Source of the DNA: Acidobacteriota bacterium
GTDB taxonomy: Bacteria; Acidobacteriota; Vicinamibacteria; Vicinamibacterales; Fen-181
Direction of reading: 5' to 3'
NCBI GenBank assembly: GCA_025363775.1
Contig: JANYLG010000005.1
Coordinates: forward strand, 1-57,386
Length of the DNA: 57,386 bases
Position 1 is the first letter of the stretch, and every line of letters begins with the position of its first letter. The translations under genes and the position numbers were made by a program. Below are positions 10,828-20,804 of this stretch, one piece after another. Under the pieces are notes generated by a model. That model was not told the origin of the DNA, did no database searches, and saw nothing but the letters and a program-made list of their open reading frames with translations.

Positions 10828-12225
10828 TCAGACCTGCTCGGCCACCTCTCGTCGTCCCTTGGGGAATTCGATCTTCAGCATCTTGATCTTGTAATTGATC
10901 ACGCGCGGGCTGATGGACAGCAGTTCCGCCGCATCCTTCTGCACCCAGTTCGACATCTTCAGCGCCTCGACGAGCGCGCGCCGCTCGATCTCTTCGAGGG
11001 GGATCCCGGCTGGGGGAATCCGCACGATCGACGGACCGTCCGAGTCCACCCCGGGCGTAATCGTCTCGCCCAGGCGCAGGTCGTCGAGGGTGATCAGGCT
11101 GCCCTCGGTGAGGAGGACCGCCCGCTCGATCGAGTTCTCGAGCTCCCTGATGTTGCCGGGCCAGTTGTACCGCAGCAGCAGCTTCAGCGCGTCCGGCCGG
11201 ATGCCGTCCATCTTTCGCTTCAGCTCGGCCGAGAACCTCCGGACGAAGAACTCCGCGAGCGCAGGGATGTCGTCCTTCCGGTCTCGCAGCGGTGGCATGT
11301 CGATCGACACGACGTCGAGGCGGTAGTACAGGTCTTCGCGGAACTGGCCACTGGAGACCATCGTCGCGAGGTTCTTGTTGGTCGCCGCGATCAGACGAAC
11401 GTCTACCTTCAACGTGCGGGTGCCGCCGAGGCGTTCGAACTCGTGTTCCTGGAGCACGCGCAGGATCTTCGCCTGCGTGTTCGCGCTCATGTCGCCCACT
11501 TCGTCGAGGAACAGGCTGCCGCCGTCGGCCTGCTCGAAGCGGCCGATCCGTTGCTTGTCGGCGCCGGTGAACGCGCCTCTCTCGTGGCCGAACAGCTCCG
11601 ACTCGAGGAGGTTCTCCTGGAGCGCCGCGCAGTTGACGCGGACGAAATTGCGGGACGCGCGCAGCGAGTTGTGATGGATGGCGCCGGCGACCAACTCCTT
11701 GCCCGTCCCCGTCTCGCCGCGAATCAGCACGGTCGTGTTGCTCCTGGTCACCTTGCGGACGACGGCCAGCACCTTGGCCAGCGCCCCGCTGCTGCCGATG
11801 ATGCGGTCGAATTCGTAGATGTCGTTCTGGGTGTGGCGGAGGTAGTCGAGTTCGTGGCGCATCCGCCGCAGCTCGAGCGCCTTCTCGATCTTGATCTCCA
11901 TCTCCTCGATCTCGAACGGCTTCTGCACGAAGTCGAACGCGCCGCTCTTCATCGCCTCGACGGCCGTCGTGACCGATCCGAAGGCCGTCATCAGGATGAC
12001 GGCGGTTAACGGGTGGAGCGCCTTTGCCGTGCGCAGCACCTCGAGGCCGTCGCTGCCGCCCATCTTCAGATCGCTCAGCACGACGTCGAAGAAACCGTCG
12101 TGCAGCCGGGCGATCGCGGCATTGCCGTTCGGCGCCTCTTCCGTGTCGTGGCCCGCCTCGGTCAGTGCCCGCGCCAGCCCGCGGCGCAGCGCGTCGTGGT
12201 CGTCAGCAATCAGTATTCGCCCCAT
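10828..12225 (-). CDS. Sigma54-dependent (NtrC/AtoC-type) response regulator
   Basis: Receiver domain, Walker A GETGTGKE, GAFTGA, FREDLYYRL, WPGNIREL and a Fis-type HTH. Confidence 0.95.
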   Translation of the reverse strand: MGRILIADDHDALRRGLARALTEAGHDTEEAPNGNAAIARLHDGFFDVVLSDLKMGGSDGLEVLRTAKALHPLTAVILMTAFGSVTTAVEAMKSGAFDFVQKPFEIEEMEIKIEKALELRRMRHELDYLRHTQNDIYEFDRIIGSSGALAKVLAVVRKVTRSNTTVLIRGETGTGKELVAGAIHHNSLRASRNFVRVNCAALQENLLESELFGHERGAFTGADKQRIGRFEQADGGSLFLDEVGDMSANTQAKILRVLQEHEFERLGGTRTLKVDVRLIAATNKNLATMVSSGQFREDLYYRLDVVSIDMPPLRDRKDDIPALAEFFVRRFSAELKRKMDGIRPDALKLLLRYNWPGNIRELENSIERAVLLTEGSLITLDDLRLGETITPGVDSDGPSIVRIPPAGIPLEEIERRALVEALKMSNWVQKDAAELLSISPRVINYKIKMLKIEFPKGRREVAEQV

Positions 12226-12239
12226 ATCTGTCCGTCTCT

Positions 12240-12271
12240 ACTGCAGCCAGTCCTCACTGCAGCCAGTCCTC
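12240..12271. repeat. 16-bp tandem duplication at the kinase 3' end
   Basis: ACTGCAGCCAGTCCTC x2. Confidence 0.85.
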
Positions 12272-13468
12272 GCCCACGTTCATCGGCAGGGTGACGCGGA
12301 ATCGCGTGCCCTCGCCGGGCGCGGTCGTCAAGTCGATGTGACCGTCGTGCGCGTCAACGATTTTCCGCACGATCGCCAGGCCGAGCCCTGACCCCTGCGG
12401 CTTGGTGGTGAAGAACGGGTTGAAGAGGCGCTCGGCGACCTCCGGCGTCACTCCAGGCCCGTCGTCCACCACGTCCACGACGAGCGTGGCGGCCGGGTCT
12501 CGTCCCCCGGGCATCGCCGCCGGTTCCTGGTACTCGACGCCCTGCGCCGCGGTGATCGCGATCGTGCCTTTTCCGTCCAGCGCCTCGAGCCCGTTGATCA
12601 CCAGGTTGGCGAACAACTGGCACAGCTGGTAGTGATCGGCCTGGAACAGCCGCAGCTGCTCCTGGATGTTCATCGTGATGTTGACGCCGCCACGGTTCAC
12701 CTTCCGCTCGGCCATCGTCACCGCGTCGTGCAGCACCTGCGCGATCGACGTTGGCTCCACCTGCAGCCGGATCGGCCGTACGAACTCGAGCACCTCGAGG
12801 ACGATCGCGTTGGCGATCTTCGCCTCGCTGATGATGTCGTTCAGCAGCGACTGCGCATCGGGCACGTCCGGGATCCGGCGGCGGAGCAGCCCGGCCATCA
12901 CTTCGATGCCGGCCAGCGGGTTCTTCACCTCGTGCGCGATGGCTGCGGCCATCTCGCCGAGCGCAGCCAGCCGGTCGCGCAGGCGCTCGCGTTCCTCCAT
13001 CTGCTCGACGAGTGTCAGGTCTTTGAAGAAAACGGCGGCGCCTTCAGGCTGCCCCTCGTCGTCGAGGATGCGCGAGAGCGTGTAGCCGATCACCTTGCCC
13101 GACGGCTTCAGCCGCAACTCGGCGCGGTTCGGCAGGTGGGACAGATCGAAGGCGGTCGACAGGATTCGGACGATGTCCGGCTGGCTCGACAGCACATCGG
13201 ACAGTTCGCGCCCGAGGTCGTCTGGACGCGGGGCGATGTCGAGGATGCGGTAGGCCACCTCGTTCATCACGGCCAGGCGTCCGTCGCGCGTGACGGCAAG
13301 CACGCCATTCCGCATGCCGAGCACGAGCTGCCGGAAGAATCGATCGCTGACCGAGGTGAACGGGTGGCTCGCCTCGCCTGCGGCATCGGCAGCAGGCGGG
13401 TTGACGGCGGACCTCCGGGAGCCGCCGGACGAGGCGGCGGCAAAACGCCTATCGGGACGGTCCGTCAT
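12254..13468 (-). CDS. Cytoplasmic PAS-domain sensor histidine kinase
   Basis: PAS region, H-box AHEVKNPL, N box, DDGPG, FFTTK..GSGLGL; no TM segment. Start is 13468 or 13561. Confidence 0.93.
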   Translation of the reverse strand: MTDRPDRRFAAASSGGSRRSAVNPPAADAAGEASHPFTSVSDRFFRQLVLGMRNGVLAVTRDGRLAVMNEVAYRILDIAPRPDDLGRELSDVLSSQPDIVRILSTAFDLSHLPNRAELRLKPSGKVIGYTLSRILDDEGQPEGAAVFFKDLTLVEQMEERERLRDRLAALGEMAAAIAHEVKNPLAGIEVMAGLLRRRIPDVPDAQSLLNDIISEAKIANAIVLEVLEFVRPIRLQVEPTSIAQVLHDAVTMAERKVNRGGVNITMNIQEQLRLFQADHYQLCQLFANLVINGLEALDGKGTIAITAAQGVEYQEPAAMPGGRDPAATLVVDVVDDGPGVTPEVAERLFNPFFTTKPQGSGLGLAIVRKIVDAHDGHIDLTTAPGEGTRFRVTLPMNVGEDWLQ

Positions 13469-13576
13469 GATGTCGCCAAGTTCCTTTTGACCGGGTGGCG
13501 GGGCCACCGATTTCAATAGTGTAACTGTCGATCGGCTGGCTGCCAAGCTGTTTTGGCTCATGAGAAGATGAGCCGA

Positions 13577-13592
13577 GGCAAAGGACGTGCCC
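13577..13592 (-). promoter_or_regulatory. sigma54 (-24/-12) promoter of the kinase-regulator operon
   Basis: GGGCACGTCCTTTGCC: GG-N10-GC with GGCACG and TTGC consensus. Confidence 0.7.
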
Positions 13593-13688
13593 GCGATCGC
13601 CAGTGCGGACAGGCGTGGAAAACACTGGAAAACAGGGGCTTGTCAGCTTTCGTTGTGGGGAGGGAGTGACGATTCTGTAAGTGGACAA

Positions 13689-15884
13689 TCAAGTCCCGGA
13701 GGGAGAATCGGGCGACTGGGCTGGCGCCGCCTGTTTCTCCGACGTCTGCAGTTCTTCCCATTGGTGCATGAGGTCACCGACCTGCCACATCAGCCTCTGG
13801 TGGCGGTCGATGACTGGCTGCACGGCTGCGCGGTCCTCGTAGAAACCGGGGCTCGCCATCGTCGTCTCCAGTTCCTTGATTGACGACTCGCACCGGGCAA
13901 TACGGTCTTCGAGGTCGACGACCTTCGCTCGGAACGCCTTGGCGGCCCGATCGCGGCGACGCGCCTCGATCTGGGCCTGGCGCCTGGCCTCGCGGTCGCC
14001 CCCCTCCGTCTTCCCGCCGTGCGCGAGCGACACGTGTCCCAACGCCGTTCCGCCTTGGACCGGCGAAGCGGGCGCCCCCGCCTTTCCGCCTCCAACCGAA
14101 GCCGCTCCCGCCGCCTTTCCGCCTGGCAGTGACGAGGCCCCCGCCTTTCCGCTGCCCCGTCCCGCCGAAGCCGGGCCTCCGCTGCCTTTGCGGGCCTCTC
14201 CTGCCAAAGCCGGGCCTCCGCTGCCCTTGCGGGCCTGTCCTGCCGAAGCCGGGCCTCTCGTTTCATGGGTCGGCGAAGGCGGATGGTCCTTCCTGTACAG
14301 GAACTCCTCGTAGCGGCCCGGGTAGCTGTGGGCTTCGCCGCTGCCGACCTCCACGATCCGGTTCGCCAGTTTCTCGACGAAGTAGCGGTCGTGGGAGACG
14401 AAGATCAGCGTGCCGCCGTAGTCCTCGAGCGCGTCGAGGAGCACGTCCTTCGAATCGAGGTCCAGGTGATTGGTCGGTTCGTCGAGCAGCAGCGTGTTCG
14501 ACGGCCGAAGCAGCATCCGCGCCACGGCCAGCCTGGTTCGCTCTCCGCCTGAGAGCACCCGGACGCGTTTGTAGACGTCGTCGCCGGAGAACAGGAAGCC
14601 GCCAAGAATGTTCCGGATGGCCGGGACCATCTGGTTCGGCGAGCCCGCCTGGAGCGTGTCGTAGACGGTCAGGTCCGGGTTGAGTCGGGCCGCTTCGTCC
14701 TGCGCGAAATATTGCATGACCACCTGGTGGCCCTCGTGGCGCTCGCCCGAATCGGGCGACTCGGCGCCGGCCAGCACGCGCATCAGCGTGGACTTGCCGG
14801 TCCCGTTCGGGCCGACGATCGCGATCCGATCTCCCCGTTCGATGTGAAGGCCGGCGTGGCGGAAGACGACGTTCTCGCCATACGCCTTGCGCACCTGCTT
14901 CAACTCGAGGACCATCCGGCCGCTCTTGACCGAGGTCGGGAACGCAAAGTGGACGCGCCTGCGTTCGGGCGGGACCTCGATCGGCACGATCTTGTCGAGC
15001 ATCTTGATCCGGCTCTGCACCTGCGCGGCTTTCGTCGCCTGGTACCGGAACCGGTCGATGAACATCTTGATCCGCGCCCTTTCCTCGTCCTGCTGGCGCT
15101 TCGCCTCGCGGGCGCGCTCGAGCTTGGCCTGGCTCTCCTCGAGGTAATGGCTGTAGTTGCCCGGGTAGTCGTTCAGTGTGCGGAGGTACACCTCGGCGAT
15201 GCGCGTGACGACGGTATCGAGGAAGTAGCGGTCGTGCGAGACAAGGATGACCGCGTGCGGGTAGTCGTGGAGGTACGACTCGAGCCAGTTGCGCGCGTCG
15301 AGATCGAGGTGGTTCGTCGGCTCGTCGAGCAGGAGCAGGTTGGGCCGGGCGAGCAGCAGCTTGGCGAGCGCGATGCGCATCTGCCAGCCGCCAGAGAAGG
15401 TCTCGGAGGGCCGCTCGAGATCCGGCTGGCTGAAGCCGAGGCCGTGCAGGACCGTGGCAATCTTCAGGTCGATGCTGTAGCCGTCGTGGACGTGGAAGCT
15501 GTCCTGGAGGTCGCTGTAGCGGGCCAGCATCTGCTCGTGCTCGCCCTCCGGCACGTCCGGGTGGCCGAGCCGGTCTTCGAGTTCGTGCATCTCGGCCTTG
15601 ACGGCCATCAGCGGTTCGAAGGCGAGCAGGGCCTCTTGGTAGACCGTGCGGCCGGTGTGCAACAGGCCGTCCTGCGGCAGGTACCCGACCGTCAGGTCGG
15701 ACGGCTTGAAGACGCTGCCCGCGTCGCTCTCCTCGAGGCCGGCCAAGATCTTCAGCAGCGTCGTCTTTCCGGACCCGTTCGGTCCGCACAGGCCGACACG
15801 TTCGCCGTCGGAGATCTGCCAGGTGACGTTGTCGAGGAGCACCCGGTCGCCGAAGGACTTCGTGAGGGAGGAAATCTGGATCAT
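13689..15884 (-). CDS. ABC-F family ribosome-associated ATPase with C-terminal coiled coil
   Basis: Two NBDs (GPNGSGKT, FSGGW, LLLDEPTNHLD; GPNGTGKS, LSGGE), no TM, Uup-like tail. Confidence 0.95.
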   Translation of the reverse strand: MIQISSLTKSFGDRVLLDNVTWQISDGERVGLCGPNGSGKTTLLKILAGLEESDAGSVFKPSDLTVGYLPQDGLLHTGRTVYQEALLAFEPLMAVKAEMHELEDRLGHPDVPEGEHEQMLARYSDLQDSFHVHDGYSIDLKIATVLHGLGFSQPDLERPSETFSGGWQMRIALAKLLLARPNLLLLDEPTNHLDLDARNWLESYLHDYPHAVILVSHDRYFLDTVVTRIAEVYLRTLNDYPGNYSHYLEESQAKLERAREAKRQQDEERARIKMFIDRFRYQATKAAQVQSRIKMLDKIVPIEVPPERRRVHFAFPTSVKSGRMVLELKQVRKAYGENVVFRHAGLHIERGDRIAIVGPNGTGKSTLMRVLAGAESPDSGERHEGHQVVMQYFAQDEAARLNPDLTVYDTLQAGSPNQMVPAIRNILGGFLFSGDDVYKRVRVLSGGERTRLAVARMLLRPSNTLLLDEPTNHLDLDSKDVLLDALEDYGGTLIFVSHDRYFVEKLANRIVEVGSGEAHSYPGRYEEFLYRKDHPPSPTHETRGPASAGQARKGSGGPALAGEARKGSGGPASAGRGSGKAGASSLPGGKAAGAASVGGGKAGAPASPVQGGTALGHVSLAHGGKTEGGDREARRQAQIEARRRDRAAKAFRAKVVDLEDRIARCESSIKELETTMASPGFYEDRAAVQPVIDRHQRLMWQVGDLMHQWEELQTSEKQAAPAQSPDSPSGT
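14164..14256. repeat. 39-bp tandem repeat (about 2.4 copies) in the ABC-F linker
   Basis: Near-identical units GCCGAAGCCGGGCCTCCGCTGCC...GCGGGCCT.TCCT encoding GPASAG.ARKGSG. Confidence 0.8.
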
Positions 15885-16237
15885 CCGGCAGGTCGCGATC
15901 AGCGGTCGGCCGTTCCGGCCGACGCCACACGTGTGCGACGGGAAAGTACGAAGTCGCCCACGGAGCAAATCATGTTAGCACATGGCCGCGACTTCCTCGG
16001 GGGTCTCGCCTTGCGAATGCTTATAATGAATGGAGCGACGCCTCCTACGCAGACCAGAACCGCGGCACCGCCGTCTTATCTCCTGGAAGCAGGCCCACCG
16101 CCTGCTTGGCGGTGTCCACCTGGACGTCCGGCACGTCACCCGCATCACATGTGGCGGCTGACAGCGGTGCTGGCGGATTCTGGCACGTGCACGGCGTCGG
16201 GGAGGATCTCCTGCAGGACGTGGCCGTTCCCGTCGGC

Positions 16238-16873
16238 ATGACCGACGAGGAACTCGTGGCGCGGTCAGTCGGTGGCGACACCGAGAGCTTCAACCAGCTC
16301 ATCAAGAGGTGGGAGAAGCCGATCTTCGCCCTGGCGTACCGCACGATCGGTCGCGAGGATGATGCCCGTGACGTCGTTCAGGAGACGTTTCTCCGGGCCT
16401 TCCGGGGACTGGGCGGGTTCAAAGGCCAGGCGAAGTTCTCGTCCTGGTTGTACAGGATTGCCCTGAACCTTTGCCGCGACTGGATGCGTCGCCAGCGTCG
16501 CACACCGGTGGTTTCGGCGCCCGACGGCGTGGACCTGATCGAGCTGGCAGGCGAAGGCAAAGGCGTCGAACGGATCGATGACGTGATCGTGCGCCAGGAT
16601 CTCACGCGAGCCGTGGCTCGTGCCATGCGGGTCCTGCCCGAAGAGCAGCGCACGGCCATCGTATTGAAAGAGTATCACGGGCTGACATTCCAGGAAATCT
16701 CGGAGTTGCTGGGCTGCCCGCTCAGCACCGTCAAGACCCGGCTCTACCAGGGGCTGACGGTCCTGAGGAAAGAACTCGAGCGAAGTGGAATTCGACCGGC
16801 AGTCCCGGGCGGGGCAAGCGCGCGCCGGCCGCGACAGAGCGCTCTGCATCAGGCGGCAACAAGGACGGTATGA
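16238..16873 (+). CDS. ECF sigma-70 factor (SigW/RpoE-like)
   Basis: DEELV, region 2 (DARDVVQETF..FSSWLYRIA.N), region 4 (EISELLGCPLSTVKTRL). The start may be slightly upstream. Confidence 0.93.
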   Translation: MTDEELVARSVGGDTESFNQLIKRWEKPIFALAYRTIGREDDARDVVQETFLRAFRGLGGFKGQAKFSSWLYRIALNLCRDWMRRQRRTPVVSAPDGVDLIELAGEGKGVERIDDVIVRQDLTRAVARAMRVLPEEQRTAIVLKEYHGLTFQEISELLGCPLSTVKTRLYQGLTVLRKELERSGIRPAVPGGASARRPRQSALHQAATRTV

Positions 16874-17736
16874 GCTTCAGCTGCACGGACAAGGACACGC
16901 TCATCTCTTACGTCTACGGCGAGTGTGACGCCGTGACGCATGGCCTCGTGGAAGCCCACGTCAGAACATGCGCGGCGTGTTCGGACGAGATCGGCGGCTT
17001 TGGAATGGTCCGCGAGACGTTGTCCGAATGGACGCCGCCCGAACAGGTGGGCGTGTTCAAGCTGGTACGGGAAGAGGCGTTGGAGCCAGCACCTGCAAAG
17101 GTATTGCGCCCGGCCCGATGGTGGCAGGCTTCGCTCCCGGTGCTGGCGAAGGTCGCCGCGGCGATTCTGTTGTTCGCCGGCGGTGCGGCGCTCGCCAACC
17201 TGGAAGTGCGTTACGACAAGGACGGGTTTGCCGTGCGGACCGGCTGGCAGACATCCGCGCCGGCGGGCGCCTCTCTGGCGGTGACGCAGGCACCGGCCGG
17301 GCCGCAGGCGGAGACACCGGCTGGCGTGGCCAGGCCCGCCCCGTCGGATCGCCGCCCGGAAGGCGAGACGCCATGGCGGGCGGAATTCGCGTCACTCGAA
17401 CGCCAGTTGCGTGACGAGTTCCGCCATCAGCTTGCGGCCGCACGACCGACGGTGCCGGGTGGCGGGCCGGTGCAGGTGGCCGCCGGCTTCGACGAGAATC
17501 GATTCCTGTTGCGCGTCCGCACGCTGCTCGACGAGCGGGTCGGTGAGAGTGAGCGACGCCAGCAGGTGGAGATGGCCTACCGGATCAGCCAATTGGCGGG
17601 CGATTTCCAGACGCAGCGCAAGGCGGACCTCCTGCGCGTGCAGCAGACTTTCGGTCAGCTCGATGGTCCACCGCGGTCGCTCGATCAGCAACGCCAGATG
17701 ACAAGGTACCTCTTCCCCGTCTCCCTCAGGAAGTAG
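16870..17736 (+). CDS. Zinc-binding (zf-HC2) transmembrane anti-sigma factor
   Basis: HVRTCAAC (HxxxCxxC), one TM helix, ATGA overlap with the sigma gene. Confidence 0.85.
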   Translation: MSFSCTDKDTLISYVYGECDAVTHGLVEAHVRTCAACSDEIGGFGMVRETLSEWTPPEQVGVFKLVREEALEPAPAKVLRPARWWQASLPVLAKVAAAILLFAGGAALANLEVRYDKDGFAVRTGWQTSAPAGASLAVTQAPAGPQAETPAGVARPAPSDRRPEGETPWRAEFASLERQLRDEFRHQLAAARPTVPGGGPVQVAAGFDENRFLLRVRTLLDERVGESERRQQVEMAYRISQLAGDFQTQRKADLLRVQQTFGQLDGPPRSLDQQRQMTRYLFPVSLRK

Positions 17737-17806
17737 GGGCGGCGCGGGGCCTGGGAACCTCTGCGGCCCGATCGGTTTCTCACGCGGCAGGAGTACAATG
17801 AGGCTC

Positions 17807-18310
17807 ATGCTTCGCTATCGTCGCCTCCTCGTGTCGGGACTCGTCATCGTCGCCGCCCTGGCCACCCCGGCGTGCAGTTCACGGCCAATCGACCTCTCGA
17901 AGGTTCTCCAGGTGACCGACGTCAGCACCGGTTTCTTCGACGCCGGCATCGTGGAAGGCCACAAGAACAAGATCGTCCCGACGATCTCTGTCCGGCTCAA
18001 GAACATCGACAGCCAGGCGCTCACCAGCGTGCAGATGATCGCGAAGTTCAACCGGGTCGGTGAGGCAGAAGAATGGGGCGCGGCGCCCTTCATTCGCGCG
18101 ATTGGCCCCGAAGGCCTGGCGCCCGGGCAGACGGGCAATCCGGTGGTCATGCGCTGCGATCGCGGCTACACGGGCGAGCAACCCAGGGCGCAACTCTTCT
18201 CGCACAGCAAGTTCGTCGATGTCCGTGTGGAGCTGTTCGGAAAGTACCAGGCGCAGAACTGGGTGAAGATGGGCGAGTACCAGATCGCCCGGCAGTTGCT
18301 CACACGGTAG
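17807..18310 (+). CDS. Hypothetical lipoprotein
   Basis: Signal peptide with lipobox-like TPAC; host-like codon usage. ATG at 17807 (or 17798). Confidence 0.75.
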   Translation: MLRYRRLLVSGLVIVAALATPACSSRPIDLSKVLQVTDVSTGFFDAGIVEGHKNKIVPTISVRLKNIDSQALTSVQMIAKFNRVGEAEEWGAAPFIRAIGPEGLAPGQTGNPVVMRCDRGYTGEQPRAQLFSHSKFVDVRVELFGKYQAQNWVKMGEYQIARQLLTR

Positions 18311-18448
18311 AGGGACCGTTCTTCTCCACGATGGACCCCCTCGCTCGCTTGGTCCATGCCCGCCTCTCTCGTGCCGGCACGACCTCGCCGACGTTCCCCG
18401 GCTGCAGCTCCCGGAACCTGCGCGGCGCTGACACTTGTCTGCTGCGGC

Positions 18449-19192
18449 CTACGGTTTCTCTTCTGCGCCTTTCACCATCGGTACGAACCGCACCGGGACG
18501 ACTCCCGTCGTCTGCGTGCGCCCGTCCTCGTCCTTCTCAATCAGGCACAGTTCCTGGGCCTCGAGCGGCCCGACCGGAATGACCAGTCGTCCGCCAGGAG
18601 CGAGCTGATCGATCAGTGGCTGCGGGACGCGCTCCGGCGCGGCCGTCACCAGCACCACGTCGAACGGCGCTTCCAAGATCCAGCCCACGTATCCGTCCCC
18701 ACGGGCGAGCGTCACGTTGGCATATCCAAGCCGGGACAGTCGCTCAGCCGCCTGCCGGTGCAGGTCGTCGTTGATCTCCAGGCTGAAAACGTGGCGGGCA
18801 ACGCGTGACAGCACCGCGGCCTGGTAGCCGCAGCCGGTCCCGACCTCGAGCACGCGGTCCGTCGGTCGAGGACGTGCCAGTTCTGTCATCAGGGCGACGA
18901 TGTAGGGTTGGGAGATGGTCTGGCCGTGGCCGATGTGCAGCGGATGATCGGCGTAGGCGCTGGACCTGAGCGCGTCGGGCACGAACAGGTGCCTCGGCAC
19001 ATCCCGCATCGCCGCAATCACGGACGCGTCGCGCACGCCACGGGACACGATGTGATCCGTGACCATCCGCTCGCGGTCTGCCGCCTGCGACGCCTCGTCG
19101 GCATCATCGCGCCCGCTATTCGCGTGGACACGGCCGACCGCGAGGGCCGATGCGAGCAGCCAGATCCAGGGGGCGGCTGTCAGGAGCGGCAT
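18449..19192 (-). CDS. pcm: Protein-L-isoaspartate O-methyltransferase
   Basis: VPRHLFVP, GQTISQPY, VLEVGTGCGY, APFD, QLAPGGRLVIPVG, VRFVPM. Confidence 0.93.
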   Translation of the reverse strand: MPLLTAAPWIWLLASALAVGRVHANSGRDDADEASQAADRERMVTDHIVSRGVRDASVIAAMRDVPRHLFVPDALRSSAYADHPLHIGHGQTISQPYIVALMTELARPRPTDRVLEVGTGCGYQAAVLSRVARHVFSLEINDDLHRQAAERLSRLGYANVTLARGDGYVGWILEAPFDVVLVTAAPERVPQPLIDQLAPGGRLVIPVGPLEAQELCLIEKDEDGRTQTTGVVPVRFVPMVKGAEEKP

Positions 19193-19349
19193 GGGTTGAT
19201 TATCGCGCAAACGCCGGGAACCGCCACATCCGCCGGGGGCCGAGGGGTGAACCGGGGGATCTGAGGAGGGACCTGGGGGGGGATCTGAGGGCCGAATCCG
19301 TGAGAAAGGCGTAAGACCGTACGTCGGGTTACAGCCTATAATCGCTGCC

Positions 19350-20726
19350 GTGTGCGACGATTCGTCTTCCCGCTTCCTCGAGCGTCGTCTAGGCCCATTG
19401 GACGCCGCCGCCATCGTCATCTCGAACGTGATCGGGGTCGGAATCTTCATTACCCCCCGCATCATCGCAGTCGCGATTCCACATCCGATCGGGTTCCTCG
19501 CTGTCTGGCTGGCGGGCGGCCTGCTGGCCTTCGCCGGAGCAATGGCCTACGCAGAACTGGGGACGCTGCGGCCTCGATCGGGTGGCGAGTACGTCTACTT
19601 GCGGGAAGGCTATGGCCCGCTCGCGGCGTTCCTCACGGGCTGGACGTCGTTTGTTGCCGGGTTTGCGGGCGCGATTGCCGCGGGTGCACTGGGCGTATCC
19701 GATTACCTGGGCCGGTTTCTCCCGGTTGCGAGCGACTCGACGCCGCTGCTGACCGTGCCGCTGCCTTGGCTGCCCCTCGTGTTCTCGCCGAGGACGCTCG
19801 TCGCGCTGACGGTCATTACCGGCCTCGCCCTCATCCACATGCGCGGCCTGGGACCAGGGCGGCTGGTGCAAAACACCTTGGCGGGCATCAAGGTGGGCGC
19901 GCTGGCCCTGTTCGTCGCGCTCGGGCTCGGCCTTGGCCGTGGGAGTCTTGCGCACCTGACCACGGAGGTGCCGTCTGCCACCTACAACTGGCCGCTCGCG
20001 TTCATCATCGTGATGTTCGCCTACAGTGGGTGGAACGCCGCATCCTACGTCGCCGAAGAGATCCGCGATCCGGGGCGCAACGTGCCGCGAGCCCTCGCGC
20101 TCGGGACCGGCGTCGTCGTTCTGCTCTACCTGGGCCTCAACTTCCTCTACCTCTACGCGGTGCCGATCGGGGAAATCGGTTCGGACACCTCGTCGGAACT
20201 CGCGATGGTGGCGGCCGAGCGGCTGCTCGGCCCCGTCGCCTCTACGTTGCTGGGCGGGCTCGCGGTGATTGTGTTGTCGGGAAGCTTGAGCGCCATGACC
20301 GTGGCCGGGCCGCGCGTGTACTTCGCGATGGCGCGCGACGGGGAGTTCTTCCCGGCCTTCGCCCGCATCCACCCGCGCTTCCACACGCCCTGGGTGTCGA
20401 TCGCCGCGCAGGCGGTGTGGAGCTCGCTGCTCGTGTTGACCAACACGAAGGACCAGCTCGCGGAGTACACGGGGTTCGCGGTGTTGCTGTTCTCCGCCGT
20501 GGCGGTCAGCACCGTGTTCGTGCTGCGGCGCCGCTATCCCGACGAGCCACGCCCGTTCAAGGCGCTCGGCTACCCGGTCGCGCCGGCGATCTTCGTGCTG
20601 GCGTCGCTCGCGATCATGGTGGCGGCGATCGCAGGCCGGCCAGGGCCATCATTGGTCGGCGCCATCATCATCGCGTCAGGCGTTCCGCTCTACTGGTTAC
20701 TGCGCTATCGGCTGAAGAAGCCGTAG
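19350..20726 (+). CDS. APC-family amino acid permease
   Basis: About 12 TM segments; IGVGIF, GGEYVYL, FAYSGWN, RPFK..GYP. Confidence 0.93.
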   Translation: MCDDSSSRFLERRLGPLDAAAIVISNVIGVGIFITPRIIAVAIPHPIGFLAVWLAGGLLAFAGAMAYAELGTLRPRSGGEYVYLREGYGPLAAFLTGWTSFVAGFAGAIAAGALGVSDYLGRFLPVASDSTPLLTVPLPWLPLVFSPRTLVALTVITGLALIHMRGLGPGRLVQNTLAGIKVGALALFVALGLGLGRGSLAHLTTEVPSATYNWPLAFIIVMFAYSGWNAASYVAEEIRDPGRNVPRALALGTGVVVLLYLGLNFLYLYAVPIGEIGSDTSSELAMVAAERLLGPVASTLLGGLAVIVLSGSLSAMTVAGPRVYFAMARDGEFFPAFARIHPRFHTPWVSIAAQAVWSSLLVLTNTKDQLAEYTGFAVLLFSAVAVSTVFVLRRRYPDEPRPFKALGYPVAPAIFVLASLAIMVAAIAGRPGPSLVGAIIIASGVPLYWLLRYRLKKP

Positions 20727-20776
20727 GGATCGGCGGCGCCACATCCGTCGCCGTATTTGTGCATCGAAGGACTTGG

Positions 20777-20804
20777 ACACGGCCGACCCGTGCATCGCCC
20801 CTAC
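20777..20804 (-). repeat. Degenerate GTAG-family REP-like element
   Basis: Minus strand GTAGGGGCGATGCACGGGTCGGCC; its TAG is the stop of the 20801..21202 gene. Confidence 0.5.

Noticed and set aside
15955..15985. dif-like site (TCATGTTAGC)
   Set aside because: Only a partial XerD-arm resemblance with no XerC arm; better explained as an extended -10 (TGCTAACAT) for the ABC-F gene.
16130..16196. Two GGCACG-containing GG-N10-GC sigma54-like motifs before the ECF sigma gene
   Set aside because: Both lack the TT of the -12 TTGC element, so they are plausibly chance matches at this GC content.
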